A stretch of DNA of 59,997 bases, filler included. It is 4 parts of 4 records of this genome, joined end to end, with 100 filler letters (N's around TTAATTAATTAA, not from the genome) between each part and the next. Parts side by side here need not be neighbours in the genome. Positions count along the whole stretch, not along the records: positions 1 to 10,151 come from SRR31156797_20762; 3 more parts are not named here. One strand, given 5' to 3'. Numbering within the stretch: position 1 is the stretch's first letter; every line of letters begins with the position of its first letter. Below, piece after piece: positions 1-10,251 of this stretch. The position numbers and the translations under genes were made by a program. The notes below the pieces were generated by a model. The model was not told where the DNA came from. It did not search any database and saw only the letters and a program-made list of their open reading frames with translations.

Positions 1-242
1 TTTTCTTGTTTTTCCAACATTTCGTTTTCACCTACAATTCCAATCTCGGAAACATTATCGGCAACGGTTTGTGGAATATCATCGTCGCGTAAAAAAAGTG
101 CATCCATCGGGAAATTTTTTGCCGATGAAACCAATTTACGTTTTCCTACGGCTAAATCCACGCCGGCTTCCTGAATAAGTTGCATCGATTCTTCGTTTAA
201 CCTTCCTTTTGTTTGAATTGCAATTTTTAGTCTGTTTTCCAT
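1..242 (-). CDS. hisG: ATP phosphoribosyltransferase, N-terminal part (runs off window)
   Basis: Manual translation MENRLKIAIQTKGRLNEES...LFLRDDDIPQTVADNVSEIGIVGENEMLE, with the typical HisG IAIQxKGRL and RDDDIP motifs; absent from the ORF track. Confidence 0.93.
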   Translation of the reverse strand, partial: MENRLKIAIQTKGRLNEESMQLIQEAGVDLAVGKRKLVSSAKNFPMDALFLRDDDIPQTVADNVSEIGIVGENEMLEKQE

Positions 243-273
243 TTTATTATGATTTGTATTTTATTCTAAATTA

Positions 274-308
274 AATAAAAAAGGCCTGCCGAATTTGGCA
301 AGCCTTGT
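274..308 (-). terminator. his attenuator terminator hairpin
   Basis: On the minus strand AAGGCTTGCC-AAATTC-GGCAGGCCTT followed by a T-run, between the leader peptide and hisG. Confidence 0.8.
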
Positions 309-339
309 TTAAATATCTTATTAAGATTGGACAAAAATA

Positions 340-402
340 TTACAGCCTACCAAACGATTGGTTATATACATGATGGCCGTGATGTCCGAATCTGTTATTC
401 AT
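340..402 (-). CDS. his operon leader peptide MNNRFGHHGHHVYNQSFGRL
   Basis: 20-codon ORF with 4 His codons upstream of the terminator and hisG. Confidence 0.85.
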   Translation of the reverse strand: MNNRFGHHGHHVYNQSFGRL

Positions 403-509
403 TTTGTTTCTTTTGCTGCAAGTATAACGATTAATTTGAATTTTGCCAAAGTATGATTGTAATTATTATATTTTATAAGAATTAATTCATTTTTAGTTTT
501 ATTTTGAAA

Positions 510-533
510 TATGCAATCGATTGCATAAATTTG
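510..533 (+). promoter_or_regulatory. LacI-type operator overlapping a Bacteroidota -7 promoter element
   Basis: Perfect 18-bp palindrome TATGCAATCGATTGCATA (510-527) overlapping TAAATTTG (TAnnTTTG, 526-533). Confidence 0.65.
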
Positions 534-552
534 CTTCAAAATCTAAAACAGT

Positions 553-1659
553 ATGACTAAACTTATCTCAATTGTTCTATTAACGCTTATTTTTTCAGGT
601 TCTGTTTTTGCACAAAAAGCAGATAATGAAAAACTTTTCAAAGATTCGTATATTAAAAAAACGATGAAAAAAGCCCTTTTCTGGCAATTGAAAAATCCGA
701 AACATGAATTGTACGACTGGACAAACGGAGCTTTTTATGCAGGCGTTTTTGCAGCATATGAAACTACAGGATCAAAAAAAATATGGAAGGCGTTGTACAA
801 TATGGGCGAAGCAAATGAATGGAAACCCGGACCGCGGTTACATCACGCTGATGACCATGTTATTTGCCAGACATACATTGATATGTACCGAATTTCGGGC
901 GAGAAAAAAATGATAGAACCCTTTGTTCAAACAATGAATGAATTTATGACGACTCCTTTTGAAACCAAAGATATTGAAAAATGTACATGGTGGTGGTGCG
1001 ATGCACTGTTTATGGGGCCGGCAGCTTTTGTTAAACTTGGAATTACTTTTGATGACAAAAAATACCTTGAGTTAAATGATAAACTTTTTAAAGAATGTTA
1101 CGATTTGTTGTACGATAAAGAAGAACATTTATATGCCCGTGATATTCGATACAAATGGGATGAACCTGGTATTGACCCTATTAAAGAAGCAAACGGGAGT
1201 AAAGTTTTTTGGTCGCGCGGTAACGGTTGGGTAATGGGTGGATTGGTGCGTACTATTGCCGAATTGCCTTATGACCATAAAAACCGTGAATTTTACATTC
1301 AGAATTTTAAAGAGATGGCTGAAATAATAAAGTCGCTTCAGCAGGAAGATGGATTATGGAGAGCCAGTTTACTAGACCCGGAATCATATCCCGGAGGAGA
1401 AGCCAGTGGCTCCGGATTTTATACGTATGCATTGGCGTGGGGAATTAATAACGGTATTTTAGAAAAATCGGAATATTTACCTGTAGTAGAAAAGGCCTGG
1501 ATTGGAATGAATTCATTAATTCAATCGGATGGACATGTTGGCTGGGTACAACCAATTGGCGCCGATCCAAAAAAGAATTTCTCGGCCGAAAGCTGGGAAG
1601 TTTATGGAACGGGTGCTTTTTTATTAGCAGGCAGCGAAGTGATCCAACTAAACCATTGA
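553..1659 (+). CDS. Glycoside hydrolase family 88/105 (unsaturated uronyl hydrolase), secreted
   Basis: Signal peptide; HADD, WWWCDALFM, FWSRGNGW and GLWRASLLDP motifs. Confidence 0.9.
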   Translation: MTKLISIVLLTLIFSGSVFAQKADNEKLFKDSYIKKTMKKALFWQLKNPKHELYDWTNGAFYAGVFAAYETTGSKKIWKALYNMGEANEWKPGPRLHHADDHVICQTYIDMYRISGEKKMIEPFVQTMNEFMTTPFETKDIEKCTWWWCDALFMGPAAFVKLGITFDDKKYLELNDKLFKECYDLLYDKEEHLYARDIRYKWDEPGIDPIKEANGSKVFWSRGNGWVMGGLVRTIAELPYDHKNREFYIQNFKEMAEIIKSLQQEDGLWRASLLDPESYPGGEASGSGFYTYALAWGINNGILEKSEYLPVVEKAWIGMNSLIQSDGHVGWVQPIGADPKKNFSAESWEVYGTGAFLLAGSEVIQLNH

Positions 1660-1675
1660 AGCATTTGCTTATAAA

Positions 1676-1705
1676 TAAAAAAGGCTCCCAATCGGAGCCT
1701 TTTTT
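1676..1705. terminator. Bidirectional intrinsic terminator
   Basis: AAAAAGGCTCC-CAATC-GGAGCCTTTTT between convergent genes. Confidence 0.8.
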
Positions 1706-1723
1706 ATTTTGGTATAGAATATT

Positions 1724-2095
1724 TTATTCCGCTTTTTCAGCCTTTAATTCCAATTTACCCTCTGGAGTATCTACTGTTCCGGTCAAACTTTCTCCTTCAA
1801 CTTTAGCGGCAATTCCAATAAAACTTCCTTCCAGATATATCGAACATTTTAAAAGATTCTCTTCAAAAGTTGGTTTGTTTAATTCAATTTTTGTTCCGTC
1901 TGCAAACTGAATAACGCCGGTTAAAACACCTTCTTCTTCAGCAAAAATAAATTTACCTTTTTCGTAACCGTATGGTGCTGTAGGAGCTTCGTAGTTCCAG
2001 GTACCAATAATATCATTTTTACTACTTGTTACCGTTGCATTTACCGAACCAGTAACAAATGCAATAAATAATCCAAGAATCAATAGCTTTTTCAT
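1724..2095 (-). CDS. Secreted hypothetical protein (small beta-rich domain)
   Basis: Signal peptide; GTWNYEAPTAPYGY motif. Confidence 0.7.
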   Translation of the reverse strand: MKKLLILGLFIAFVTGSVNATVTSSKNDIIGTWNYEAPTAPYGYEKGKFIFAEEEGVLTGVIQFADGTKIELNKPTFEENLLKCSIYLEGSFIGIAAKVEGESLTGTVDTPEGKLELKAEKAE

Positions 2096-2169
2096 TTAAG
2101 TATAATTTAGGTTTTAATTTGAATTTAGTTTATAACGTTATGCTTGAATTTTAATTATTTCAATATGGT

Positions 2170-2946
2170 TTAAATTTGGCTAAAATCGGCTGGAATTAAA
2201 AATTTCTTATTCACTTTACTTACCGTATTTGCATATTCTTTTTTCGAACGCATAGAATTCCATTCCGGGCTTGCAACAAATTTTGCCCAGTTAGCTTCGC
2301 GTTCTTCCATATCTTTAAACCAAAGCAAATACGCAAGAGCTGGCATATATTGACCCGCCAATATTTGCCCGAAAAATACAGGATGCAATCCCACTTTTTC
2401 AAAAAGAGGCAATTCTTCGTTGTTAAACATTTTTACTTTTCTGATTCCTGCATCTTCGCTGTAACTTTCGTATGTTCTTAGCTCAAATAAACCACGATTT
2501 TTATCCGGAGTTTTTATCCGGGGAATTCCATCAAACGCTTCCATCAGAAATGTTTCATAACGCACAAAAACAGGATTGTCAACCGAAAGCTGATTGTAAT
2601 CTTTTGCAGCTTCCAGAAATGCAGCATCTGATTTCATGGCCTGGTTTGTTTCGTAAAAATCGGTCAGGCTTTTATGGGCATGCAAAATATATAAAACGGG
2701 TGGTTCTTCAAGGCTGTATTCGTTAAATACGCCTACTTTTGCTCCTTGTTTATTTAAAAAGGGAATAACAGCTTCAGTATAGTATTTTTTTAACTGATTC
2801 TGACCGGCGCTGCCATTTAATCGGTACACTTTTAATTCATAAAAGTCTTTTTCATTGTTTGAAAAGGGAGATGCATTTATTCCGGTTGTGGTTACCATTG
2901 CTCCGGCTGCCAGTGCCGAGTTTTTTACGAAAGATCTTCTTTTCAT
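2170..2946 (-). CDS. NIPSNAP family protein with Tat-like signal
   Basis: MKRRSFVK twin-Arg; two NIPSNAP-like repeats (YELKVY, FELRTYES). Confidence 0.85.
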   Translation of the reverse strand: MKRRSFVKNSALAAGAMVTTTGINASPFSNNEKDFYELKVYRLNGSAGQNQLKKYYTEAVIPFLNKQGAKVGVFNEYSLEEPPVLYILHAHKSLTDFYETNQAMKSDAAFLEAAKDYNQLSVDNPVFVRYETFLMEAFDGIPRIKTPDKNRGLFELRTYESYSEDAGIRKVKMFNNEELPLFEKVGLHPVFFGQILAGQYMPALAYLLWFKDMEEREANWAKFVASPEWNSMRSKKEYANTVSKVNKKFLIPADFSQI

Positions 2947-2953
2947 TTAATTA

Positions 2954-3472
2954 TTAATTTAGGTTAGTTGTGTCTTGTTCAATTTCTGTTAGCCCCGGAT
3001 ATAGCGAAATCTTATTAAAATCATCGGTATTAATTTCTAACAATTCATCATCCTCACTTTCCGCAGTGTTGCTAAAATAGACATTATAATTGGCATTTAC
3101 AGGCACAAGAATAATACATTTTTTTTCGGGCGGAACTCGAATATCCAAAAAATCGCAATAATTTTCTTCATCCCAGTAAACATCGGTGAGCATATTTACG
3201 AATAATGTGTCGGTGGTGGGATTATTTATTTTTAGTTTTTTGAATTCCTGCCCGTCGGGATATAATCCGGGATCTACTTCAAATGCAGCCAGAACAAAAA
3301 TCGATGCGATGGTCAATCCAATATCAGTAAATACATTTCCCGATCGATGTTTTTTTAATTCTTTTTGTCTTTCCTGGCTTACCGGATCGTGGAAATATTC
3401 CTGCGTGATACAAGACTGAATTAGCAAAATGGTGATAATTAGTAATATTATGAAATTAAATTTTCTGTTCAT
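2954..3472 (-). CDS. Hypothetical lipoprotein
   Basis: Start moved to MNRKFN; hydrophobic stretch ending in lipobox IQSC. Confidence 0.65.
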   Translation of the reverse strand: MNRKFNFIILLIITILLIQSCITQEYFHDPVSQERQKELKKHRSGNVFTDIGLTIASIFVLAAFEVDPGLYPDGQEFKKLKINNPTTDTLFVNMLTDVYWDEENYCDFLDIRVPPEKKCIILVPVNANYNVYFSNTAESEDDELLEINTDDFNKISLYPGLTEIEQDTTNLN

Positions 3473-3696
3473 TTTGGCTTTGTTTTGTTCAAATTTATTA
3501 ATAATAGAGTAAGTTTTTTTGAAAATAATTACATTTAACATAGTTTTTATAACCACGTTATAAATTAAATGAAGAAGAATGGTATAAAAATTGAATCTTC
3601 ATTTCGAATTCAATTAAAGAAAATAGAACTTAATAAATCTCAGAAAAAGAATACTTGAAAAAGAAAAAAATCGTTTAAAAAGAAAAATCTAAAGTC

Positions 3697-4284
3697 ATGA
3701 AACAAATCTTATTCTCAATTATCTTATTCTTTATTACTGCATCGGTTTTTGCTCAACCCATTATCGATGTTGGATTAAAAGGCGGAGTTCATAATTCAAA
3801 AATAACTGCAAACCTTGATGAGTTTACATCAGAATCGATAGTGAAATCGCATGTTGGAGCATTTGCACGGGTTGGTTATGGAAGAGTTTATGTTCAGCCA
3901 GAAGCATATTTTAGCTCAAAAGGAGGGGAGTTAAAATCGAGTTTATTACAAAATGTTACGCGTTTCGATTTTAATAATATCGATGTTCCTGTTTTATTGG
4001 GCGTAAAAGTTATAAATGGTGGATTATCGAATGTACGCGTTATGGCAGGGCCGGTTTTTAGTTTTGTTACTTCGAATGATGTGGCAGGTGATGTAGATTA
4101 TACAACACAGTATTTTAAGGATAATTATTTTGGTTTTCAATATGGAATTGGTGTTGACATCTGGAGTTTCTTCTTAGATGCCCGTATTGAGCATGGAACC
4201 AATACTATTTATGAACATCCCGGAACTGGCCTGGATTCCAAGAACCGTACCTTTTTGGTAACATTAGGTTTTAAAATTTTGTAA
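3697..4284 (+). CDS. Outer-membrane beta-barrel (porin/PorT-like family) protein
   Basis: Signal peptide; VQPEAYFS, IDVPVLLG; C-terminal LGFKIL strand. Confidence 0.8.
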   Translation: MKQILFSIILFFITASVFAQPIIDVGLKGGVHNSKITANLDEFTSESIVKSHVGAFARVGYGRVYVQPEAYFSSKGGELKSSLLQNVTRFDFNNIDVPVLLGVKVINGGLSNVRVMAGPVFSFVTSNDVAGDVDYTTQYFKDNYFGFQYGIGVDIWSFFLDARIEHGTNTIYEHPGTGLDSKNRTFLVTLGFKIL

Positions 4285-4360
4285 CAGGATATTTTCTTTA
4301 AATCTAAGGATGGATAAAAGAACCAGAAAGTAATTTCAGGTTAGTTCTAAATTGACCTTA

Positions 4361-4408
4361 TAAAAAAGAGGCCGCCTCATAAACTTATAATGAGACGGCC
4401 TCTTTTTT
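4361..4408 (+). terminator. Intrinsic terminator-like hairpin
   Basis: AAAAAAGAGGCCG..CTCAT / ATGAG..CGGCCTCTTTTTT. Confidence 0.7.
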
Positions 4409-4603
4409 AATGAATATTTTTATAATAACTAACAGAATTAAACTTATTAAAATCATCGAAATTTAAATAACTTATTTTGAACCCTTTACTAATCAGGCAT
4501 AATATAAATTGTTACTGTTTTCTTGTTCTACTAATTTCATTATGATATTTCATTGGATTAATCCATGGTTTTATCTATTTTCGGTACACTAAATTAAACC
4601 ATT

Positions 4604-6361
4604 ATGTACCGACTAATACCTTTACTTTTTCTAATTATTTTTCTGAATTCATGTACTTCCAAAAACGAAAAAAAACAGCCTAATATTATAATTATTCTTA
4701 CAGATGATCAAGGGTGGGGCGATTTAAGTATTAGCGGAAATACCAACATCTCCACACCAAATATTGACAAACTTGCTGAAACAGGCGTATCTTTCGATCG
4801 GTTTTATGTTTGTCCGGTTTGCTCTCCTACCCGTGCCGAATTATTAACCGGGCGTTATCATGTTCGGGGAGGAGTTTATTCTACATCGGCGGGAGGCGAA
4901 AGGCTCGACCTAGACGAAACAACCATTGCCGAAGTATTTAAAAAGGCCGGTTATAAAACAGCTGCTTATGGTAAATGGCACAACGGAATGCAGGCACCTT
5001 ATCATCCGAATACCAGAGGATTTGAAGATTTTTATGGATTCTGTTCCGGACACTGGGGAAATTATTTTAGTCCGATGTTGGAGCATAACGGAGAAATTGT
5101 AAAAGGCGAAGGATTTATCATCGACGATTTAACCAACCATGGTATCGATTTTATTGAAAGGAATAAAGAAAATCCATTCTTTTTATATCTGCCGTTAAAT
5201 ACACCTCATTCCCCGATGCAGGTTCCAGACAAGTATTGGGAGAAGTTTGATAACAAAGAGCTTCAAATGCTGAATAGAAATCCCGAATCGGAAAATATTC
5301 AACATACAAAAGCAGCCCTGGCTATGTGCGAAAATATTGACTGGAATGTTGGGCGAATAACTCAGAAACTTGAAGAAATGGGTCTTTCAGAAAATACAAT
5401 TGTAATTTATTTCTCTGATAACGGCCCCAACGGCTGGCGATGGAACGATGGGATGAAAGGCAGAAAAGGTTCTACCGACGAAGGAGGAGTACGTTCTCCT
5501 CTCTTTATAAAATGGCCGCAAAAACTGGATCCCGGGAAAAAAATAACACAAATTACTTCAGTAATTGATTTACTTCCAACGTTAACTGATTTGGCTGAAA
5601 TTGAAAATCAAACGGAAAAACCACTGGACGGGAAAAGTTTAAAACCTTTACTTTTAGAAGAAAATCCGGCTTGGAATGACCGTTTTATAATAAACTACTG
5701 GAGAAACAGTACCAGTGTTCGCAGTCAAAAATACAGGCTCGACAACAATGGGAATCTTTTTGATATGGAAATGGATCCAGGCCAAAATAATAATGTGGCA
5801 ATAGATTTTCCGGAAATTGTAAATCAACTTTCAGCAGCCAAAGAAAAATGGGTAAATGAAGTTTTAAATGAACTGCCTGAAACTGACACCCGAACATTTA
5901 CCATTGCCCACCCCGATTTTATCATGACTCAAATTCCGGCACGCGACGGAACAGCTCATGGAAATATTCAACGCTCAAACCAATATCCAAACTGTTCATT
6001 TTTTACAAACTGGATTAGTACTTCCGACAGTATTACCTGGGATGCCGAAGTTTTAGAAGAAGGAAATTTTGAAGTAATTCTTTATTACACCTGTTCAACA
6101 GAAAATATTGGATCGACTTATCAATTGAGTTTTCAAAATGAAAAACTGGCTTCCAAAATTACCGAAGCTCATAATCCTCCGTTAACAGGAATGGAAAACG
6201 ATCGGGATCCGAGAATTGAATCGTACGTAAAAGAATTTAAACCTGTAAATATTGGAACTATTCATCTAAAAAAAGGAACAGGAACATTAACTCTTAAAGC
6301 ACTTGAGATACCCGGAGATCAAGTTATGGATTTCCGTTTACTCATGTTAAAAAGGATTTGA
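4604..6361 (+). CDS. Arylsulfatase (formylglycine-dependent S1 sulfatase), lipoprotein
   Basis: Lipobox LNSC; TDDQG, CSPTR (CxPxR), GKWH and SDNG motifs. Confidence 0.93.
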   Translation: MYRLIPLLFLIIFLNSCTSKNEKKQPNIIIILTDDQGWGDLSISGNTNISTPNIDKLAETGVSFDRFYVCPVCSPTRAELLTGRYHVRGGVYSTSAGGERLDLDETTIAEVFKKAGYKTAAYGKWHNGMQAPYHPNTRGFEDFYGFCSGHWGNYFSPMLEHNGEIVKGEGFIIDDLTNHGIDFIERNKENPFFLYLPLNTPHSPMQVPDKYWEKFDNKELQMLNRNPESENIQHTKAALAMCENIDWNVGRITQKLEEMGLSENTIVIYFSDNGPNGWRWNDGMKGRKGSTDEGGVRSPLFIKWPQKLDPGKKITQITSVIDLLPTLTDLAEIENQTEKPLDGKSLKPLLLEENPAWNDRFIINYWRNSTSVRSQKYRLDNNGNLFDMEMDPGQNNNVAIDFPEIVNQLSAAKEKWVNEVLNELPETDTRTFTIAHPDFIMTQIPARDGTAHGNIQRSNQYPNCSFFTNWISTSDSITWDAEVLEEGNFEVILYYTCSTENIGSTYQLSFQNEKLASKITEAHNPPLTGMENDRDPRIESYVKEFKPVNIGTIHLKKGTGTLTLKALEIPGDQVMDFRLLMLKRI

Positions 6362-6372
6362 ACAGATTTATA

Positions 6373-7698
6373 TTATTTCAAATTTTTAGAAGGAATATTA
6401 TATACTGCAATTCCTGAAATTACCAGTGGAATTGAAAATATTATAAAAAGATTAGCGATCGATAAATTCATATCCGAAAGAATTCCAAAAACGGCAGGAC
6501 CTACAATTGCACCAAACCTGCCGGCGCCGGTTGCCCAACCAATTCCTGTTGTTCTAACTTCAGTATCGTAAACACGCGTTGTTGCCGGCCAATAGCCGTT
6601 GAAACCACCCTGAACAAATATCCCGATTAAAAAGGTCATAAAAAACATCAGCGCATTGCTTAATGGTAAACTTCCGTAAATAACCATAATAGCAAATGCA
6701 ATAATAAAGAACGAGAATATCAATCTTTTCAGCCTGAAATGAGCCGCCAGCCAACCTATTCCTGTACTACCAATAAATGCACCTACATTTAGCATAGTTC
6801 CCACATAAGTTGCCATTTTAAACGGCATTCCCGAATCTGTTGCAATACTCGGAACCCAGCTAATTAGCGTATATAAGGTCATAAATCCAAAAAATATTCC
6901 AATCCATAACCGAATGGTAGATCCCCGGTATTCCTTTGTAAACAATGTTTTTACAGTTGGTTGCTGAGTAACCTCCATTTCAGGAAGTTCATCGATTTCG
7001 GGCTGGCCAATTTTTTTGAAGATTTTATTGATCTTCTCCAATGCTTTTTTAGGTTGCTTCCGCCATAAATACTCAATAGATTCAGGCATGAAAATTACAA
7101 CCATTATTAACATTACAGCCGAAATTATTCCTGCCGCAAAATAAGCAAACCGCCAACCAAATTCAGGCACTGCCCATGCAGTAAAAAACCCCATAAAAAT
7201 AGCGCCAATTGGATAACCCGCCTGAACAAAACCAACAGCCAAATCTTTTCTTTTATTATTTGAAAATTCAGAAGCAATAGCAGCCATTGTGGGCAGTAAA
7301 CCGCCAATTCCCAAGCCTGCCATAAATCTTAAAAACAACAATTGATAATACCCCGTAACCATCGCTGATAAAATCATTGCCACTGCCTCTACTCCAATTG
7401 CATAAATAAATAATTTTCTTCTACCTATTCTATCGGCAATAGGTGCTACAAAAAGGCAACCTAATGTCATCCCGGCCAGTCCGGCACTAAAAATATATCC
7501 TTGTAAGGCTTTGGTTAAACCCCATTCGGCTAAAATCTCAGAACCCGTATATGAAACAACCATAACATCAATTCCGTCGTTCATATTTAAAATAAAACAC
7601 ATGATTACCACAAACACCTGAAATGCCATCATTGGTTTTTCAGCTATTAAGTCATTCAATTCTTTTTGGGTGTATTTTTTTGAAATTGATTTATTCAT
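6373..7698 (-). CDS. MFS transporter, aromatic acid:H+ symporter-like
   Basis: About 12 TMs; DGIDV in TM1, ADRIGRR, R-T-TGIGWA-G-GR motifs. Confidence 0.8.
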   Translation of the reverse strand: MNKSISKKYTQKELNDLIAEKPMMAFQVFVVIMCFILNMNDGIDVMVVSYTGSEILAEWGLTKALQGYIFSAGLAGMTLGCLFVAPIADRIGRRKLFIYAIGVEAVAMILSAMVTGYYQLLFLRFMAGLGIGGLLPTMAAIASEFSNNKRKDLAVGFVQAGYPIGAIFMGFFTAWAVPEFGWRFAYFAAGIISAVMLIMVVIFMPESIEYLWRKQPKKALEKINKIFKKIGQPEIDELPEMEVTQQPTVKTLFTKEYRGSTIRLWIGIFFGFMTLYTLISWVPSIATDSGMPFKMATYVGTMLNVGAFIGSTGIGWLAAHFRLKRLIFSFFIIAFAIMVIYGSLPLSNALMFFMTFLIGIFVQGGFNGYWPATTRVYDTEVRTTGIGWATGAGRFGAIVGPAVFGILSDMNLSIANLFIIFSIPLVISGIAVYNIPSKNLK

Positions 7699-7707
7699 TA
7701 TAATCTG

Positions 7708-8727
7708 TTATTCTGCCATTTTGATTACTATTTTGCTGTCTGTTCCCTTAGAAGCCTCTTCGAGTGCTGTTTGTAACTCGTTTAAAGGGAAAAAACGAGA
7801 CACAATAAAACCAGGATGAATAATACCTCTATCAACCAATTTAATCACTCTGTTATAATCAAACGGATGATCATAAATCAAAGAAGGAATAATACGGTTT
7901 CCTTTTCGTGAAATTAAACGGGGAGTAAAATTGGTATAAGCTTCAGACAGGCCAAGTAAAATAATCTCCGCTCCACGGGGAGCAACAGAAATAGTCATTG
8001 TTGCCGATTTTTCAGAACCTGCACATTCAAATAAAGAAATTACTTCTTCATTTTCAAAAACCTGCTCTAAATTCTGAATTGTTTCTTCGGGAGTTGAACC
8101 ACCTTTTACCAGCGTTGCCCCCATTTCAACAGCTACTTGTATTTTCGACTCAATAATTTCTGAGACCAGCACTTTAAACCCTAATTTTAATGCTATATGA
8201 GTTACAAGCAAACCAATGGCACCCAACCCGATTACTGCAATTGTATCGCCGGGTTTTGCATTCGAACGCATTAATGCCGAATAAGCTACAGTAGCAGGTT
8301 CTATGGAAACGGCATCAATAGCAGAAATTGATTCCGGCAAGGTATGGATAAACTTTCCGGGTAACGTAATATATTCAGCAAAACAGCCAGTTTCCCTGAC
8401 ACCAATTATTCTTTTGTCTTTACAAATATTTCCTTTCCCACTCCAGCATTCCGGGCAATTATGACAGGGCAGGTTGGGTTCGATAACTACTCTTTGCCCA
8501 ATTCTTTCAGGTGAAACTCCTTCGCCTATTTTCTCAATTATTCCAATTCCTTCGTGCCCGATTGTTAACGGACCTTCAACCGAATGACCGTTTTTAAACA
8601 TATGAACATCGGAGCCGCAAACTCCTACCATGGTTAACCGTACCAAAATTTCGTCTTTACCAGGTTCGGGGACCGGTGTTTTTGCCAATTCAATTTTGTA
8701 AGGTTCAATTAAAAAAGACTGTAACAT
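7708..8727 (-). CDS. Zn-dependent medium-chain dehydrogenase (sorbitol/threonine DH-like)
   Basis: CGSD, GHE, CxxCxxCx7C and GLGAIG motifs. Confidence 0.88.
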   Translation of the reverse strand: MLQSFLIEPYKIELAKTPVPEPGKDEILVRLTMVGVCGSDVHMFKNGHSVEGPLTIGHEGIGIIEKIGEGVSPERIGQRVVIEPNLPCHNCPECWSGKGNICKDKRIIGVRETGCFAEYITLPGKFIHTLPESISAIDAVSIEPATVAYSALMRSNAKPGDTIAVIGLGAIGLLVTHIALKLGFKVLVSEIIESKIQVAVEMGATLVKGGSTPEETIQNLEQVFENEEVISLFECAGSEKSATMTISVAPRGAEIILLGLSEAYTNFTPRLISRKGNRIIPSLIYDHPFDYNRVIKLVDRGIIHPGFIVSRFFPLNELQTALEEASKGTDSKIVIKMAE

Positions 8728-8914
8728 AAAATGAGCTGTTTAGAATCGACGTAACTTTATGATTATTTTTGAAAAAAACATAAAGATTAAAGCCGGTATT
8801 TTTGTTTTGGTTTATTTTAATTTGAAATCAAACAGACCCTAAAACTATAAAATATTTCAGAAACATCGATTTTTTATTTTACTTTGAAATTAAACAACCA
8901 AAAAACTTAACAAC

Positions 8915-9847
8915 ATGAAAAATAAACTAAAACTATTATTTCTTTTATTGGCATTCATTTTCACATTTCAAAACTCAATAAGTCAATCCCGGCTACCTTC
9001 CGGTTCCACTTATAAAGATGTAGTAATTGCAACGGTCAACGACATGGGAGAAGACTTTCAGCTGCGTTCTAATATTTATTTACCCGAAGAAACGTCGGAC
9101 AAACCGATACCATTGCTTTTATATATTCATGGAAATGGCGGGGCCTATAATTTTGCCAACGGTTCTACATCGTATGAACTGACCATCGAACTGGCTAACC
9201 ACGGAATTGCGGTTGCCACTGTTGATTACCGGCCAAGAACCGGTTTGCCCGAAAATATTTTCGATGTAAAAGCGTATATCCGGTTTTTCAGGGCAAATGC
9301 AGAAAAATACAATATCGATCCGGAACGCATTGGAATATGGGGTACATCACGTGGCGGAAACCTGGCTTCGATTATTGCAGCAACCGGCGACAGCCCAGAA
9401 CACGAAGGAGATATTGGTGGAAATCTCGATCAATCGAGTACGGTTCAGTTTGCAGCAATTTATTATCCTTTTATTGTTTCTCTTTCAGGTGAACAACCAT
9501 TCATCCCGTTTATGTCAGGCGTAAACCGCGAAGATTACCCGGCTATAATTGAAGCTTTTGAAAACAAAGATACTGCGAGCCCACACTGGAAAAATGTGGA
9601 GAAAATAGAATTGTGCAATACAATGAATTATATTGATAAAAACGATCCTCCGGTTTTTATCGCTCACGGAGCAAAAGATAGAGTTTGTCTGCCACAAAAC
9701 AGTTACGATCTTTATAACGCATATGTAGATGTTGAAGTTCCTGCCTGGCTGCAAATTTATTCACTTGGTCCGCATGGAACTGTTAGCACGCAAATTGAAA
9801 AAGCAACGCAGGATTGGATATTAGAAATGTTGTTGGGTTCAGATTGA
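8915..9847 (+). CDS. Secreted alpha/beta hydrolase (HSL/BD-FAE-like esterase)
   Basis: HGNGG oxyanion region, GTSRGG nucleophile elbow, HGAKD, GPHG. Confidence 0.8.
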   Translation: MKNKLKLLFLLLAFIFTFQNSISQSRLPSGSTYKDVVIATVNDMGEDFQLRSNIYLPEETSDKPIPLLLYIHGNGGAYNFANGSTSYELTIELANHGIAVATVDYRPRTGLPENIFDVKAYIRFFRANAEKYNIDPERIGIWGTSRGGNLASIIAATGDSPEHEGDIGGNLDQSSTVQFAAIYYPFIVSLSGEQPFIPFMSGVNREDYPAIIEAFENKDTASPHWKNVEKIELCNTMNYIDKNDPPVFIAHGAKDRVCLPQNSYDLYNAYVDVEVPAWLQIYSLGPHGTVSTQIEKATQDWILEMLLGSD

Positions 9848-9904
9848 AATTTAATTTTATGTGAACCAATTTGTTAACTCCTCTGTTCTTTCAAAAACGT
9901 TAAA

Positions 9905-10151
9905 ATGAAAAAAGTAACGGGTATTGGCGGGATTTTTTTTAAAACAAAAGATCCTGAAAAAATAAAAGATTGGTACAATAAAAACCTTGGGTTGGTTACC
10001 AATGAATATGGTTCTGTTTTTGAATTCCGAAGTTCTGAAACACCCGATAAAAAAGGATATTCTGTATGGAGTCCTTTCAAAGAAGACTCAGATTATTTTC
10101 AGCCATCGGAAAAAGAATTTATGATAAATTACCGGGTTGAAAACATTGAAA
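9905..10151 (+). CDS. VOC/glyoxalase family protein, truncated by contig end
   Basis: MKKVTGIGGIFFK...WY..NLG...FMINYRVEN. Confidence 0.85.
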
Positions 10152-10251
10152 NNNNNNNNNNNNNNNNNNNNNNNNNNNNNNNNNNNNNNNNNNNNTTAAT
10201 TAATTAANNNNNNNNNNNNNNNNNNNNNNNNNNNNNNNNNNNNNNNNNNNN
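10152..10251. other. Artificial contig linker
   Basis: N-run with TTAATTAATTAA (stops in all frames); base composition changes across it. Confidence 0.98.
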
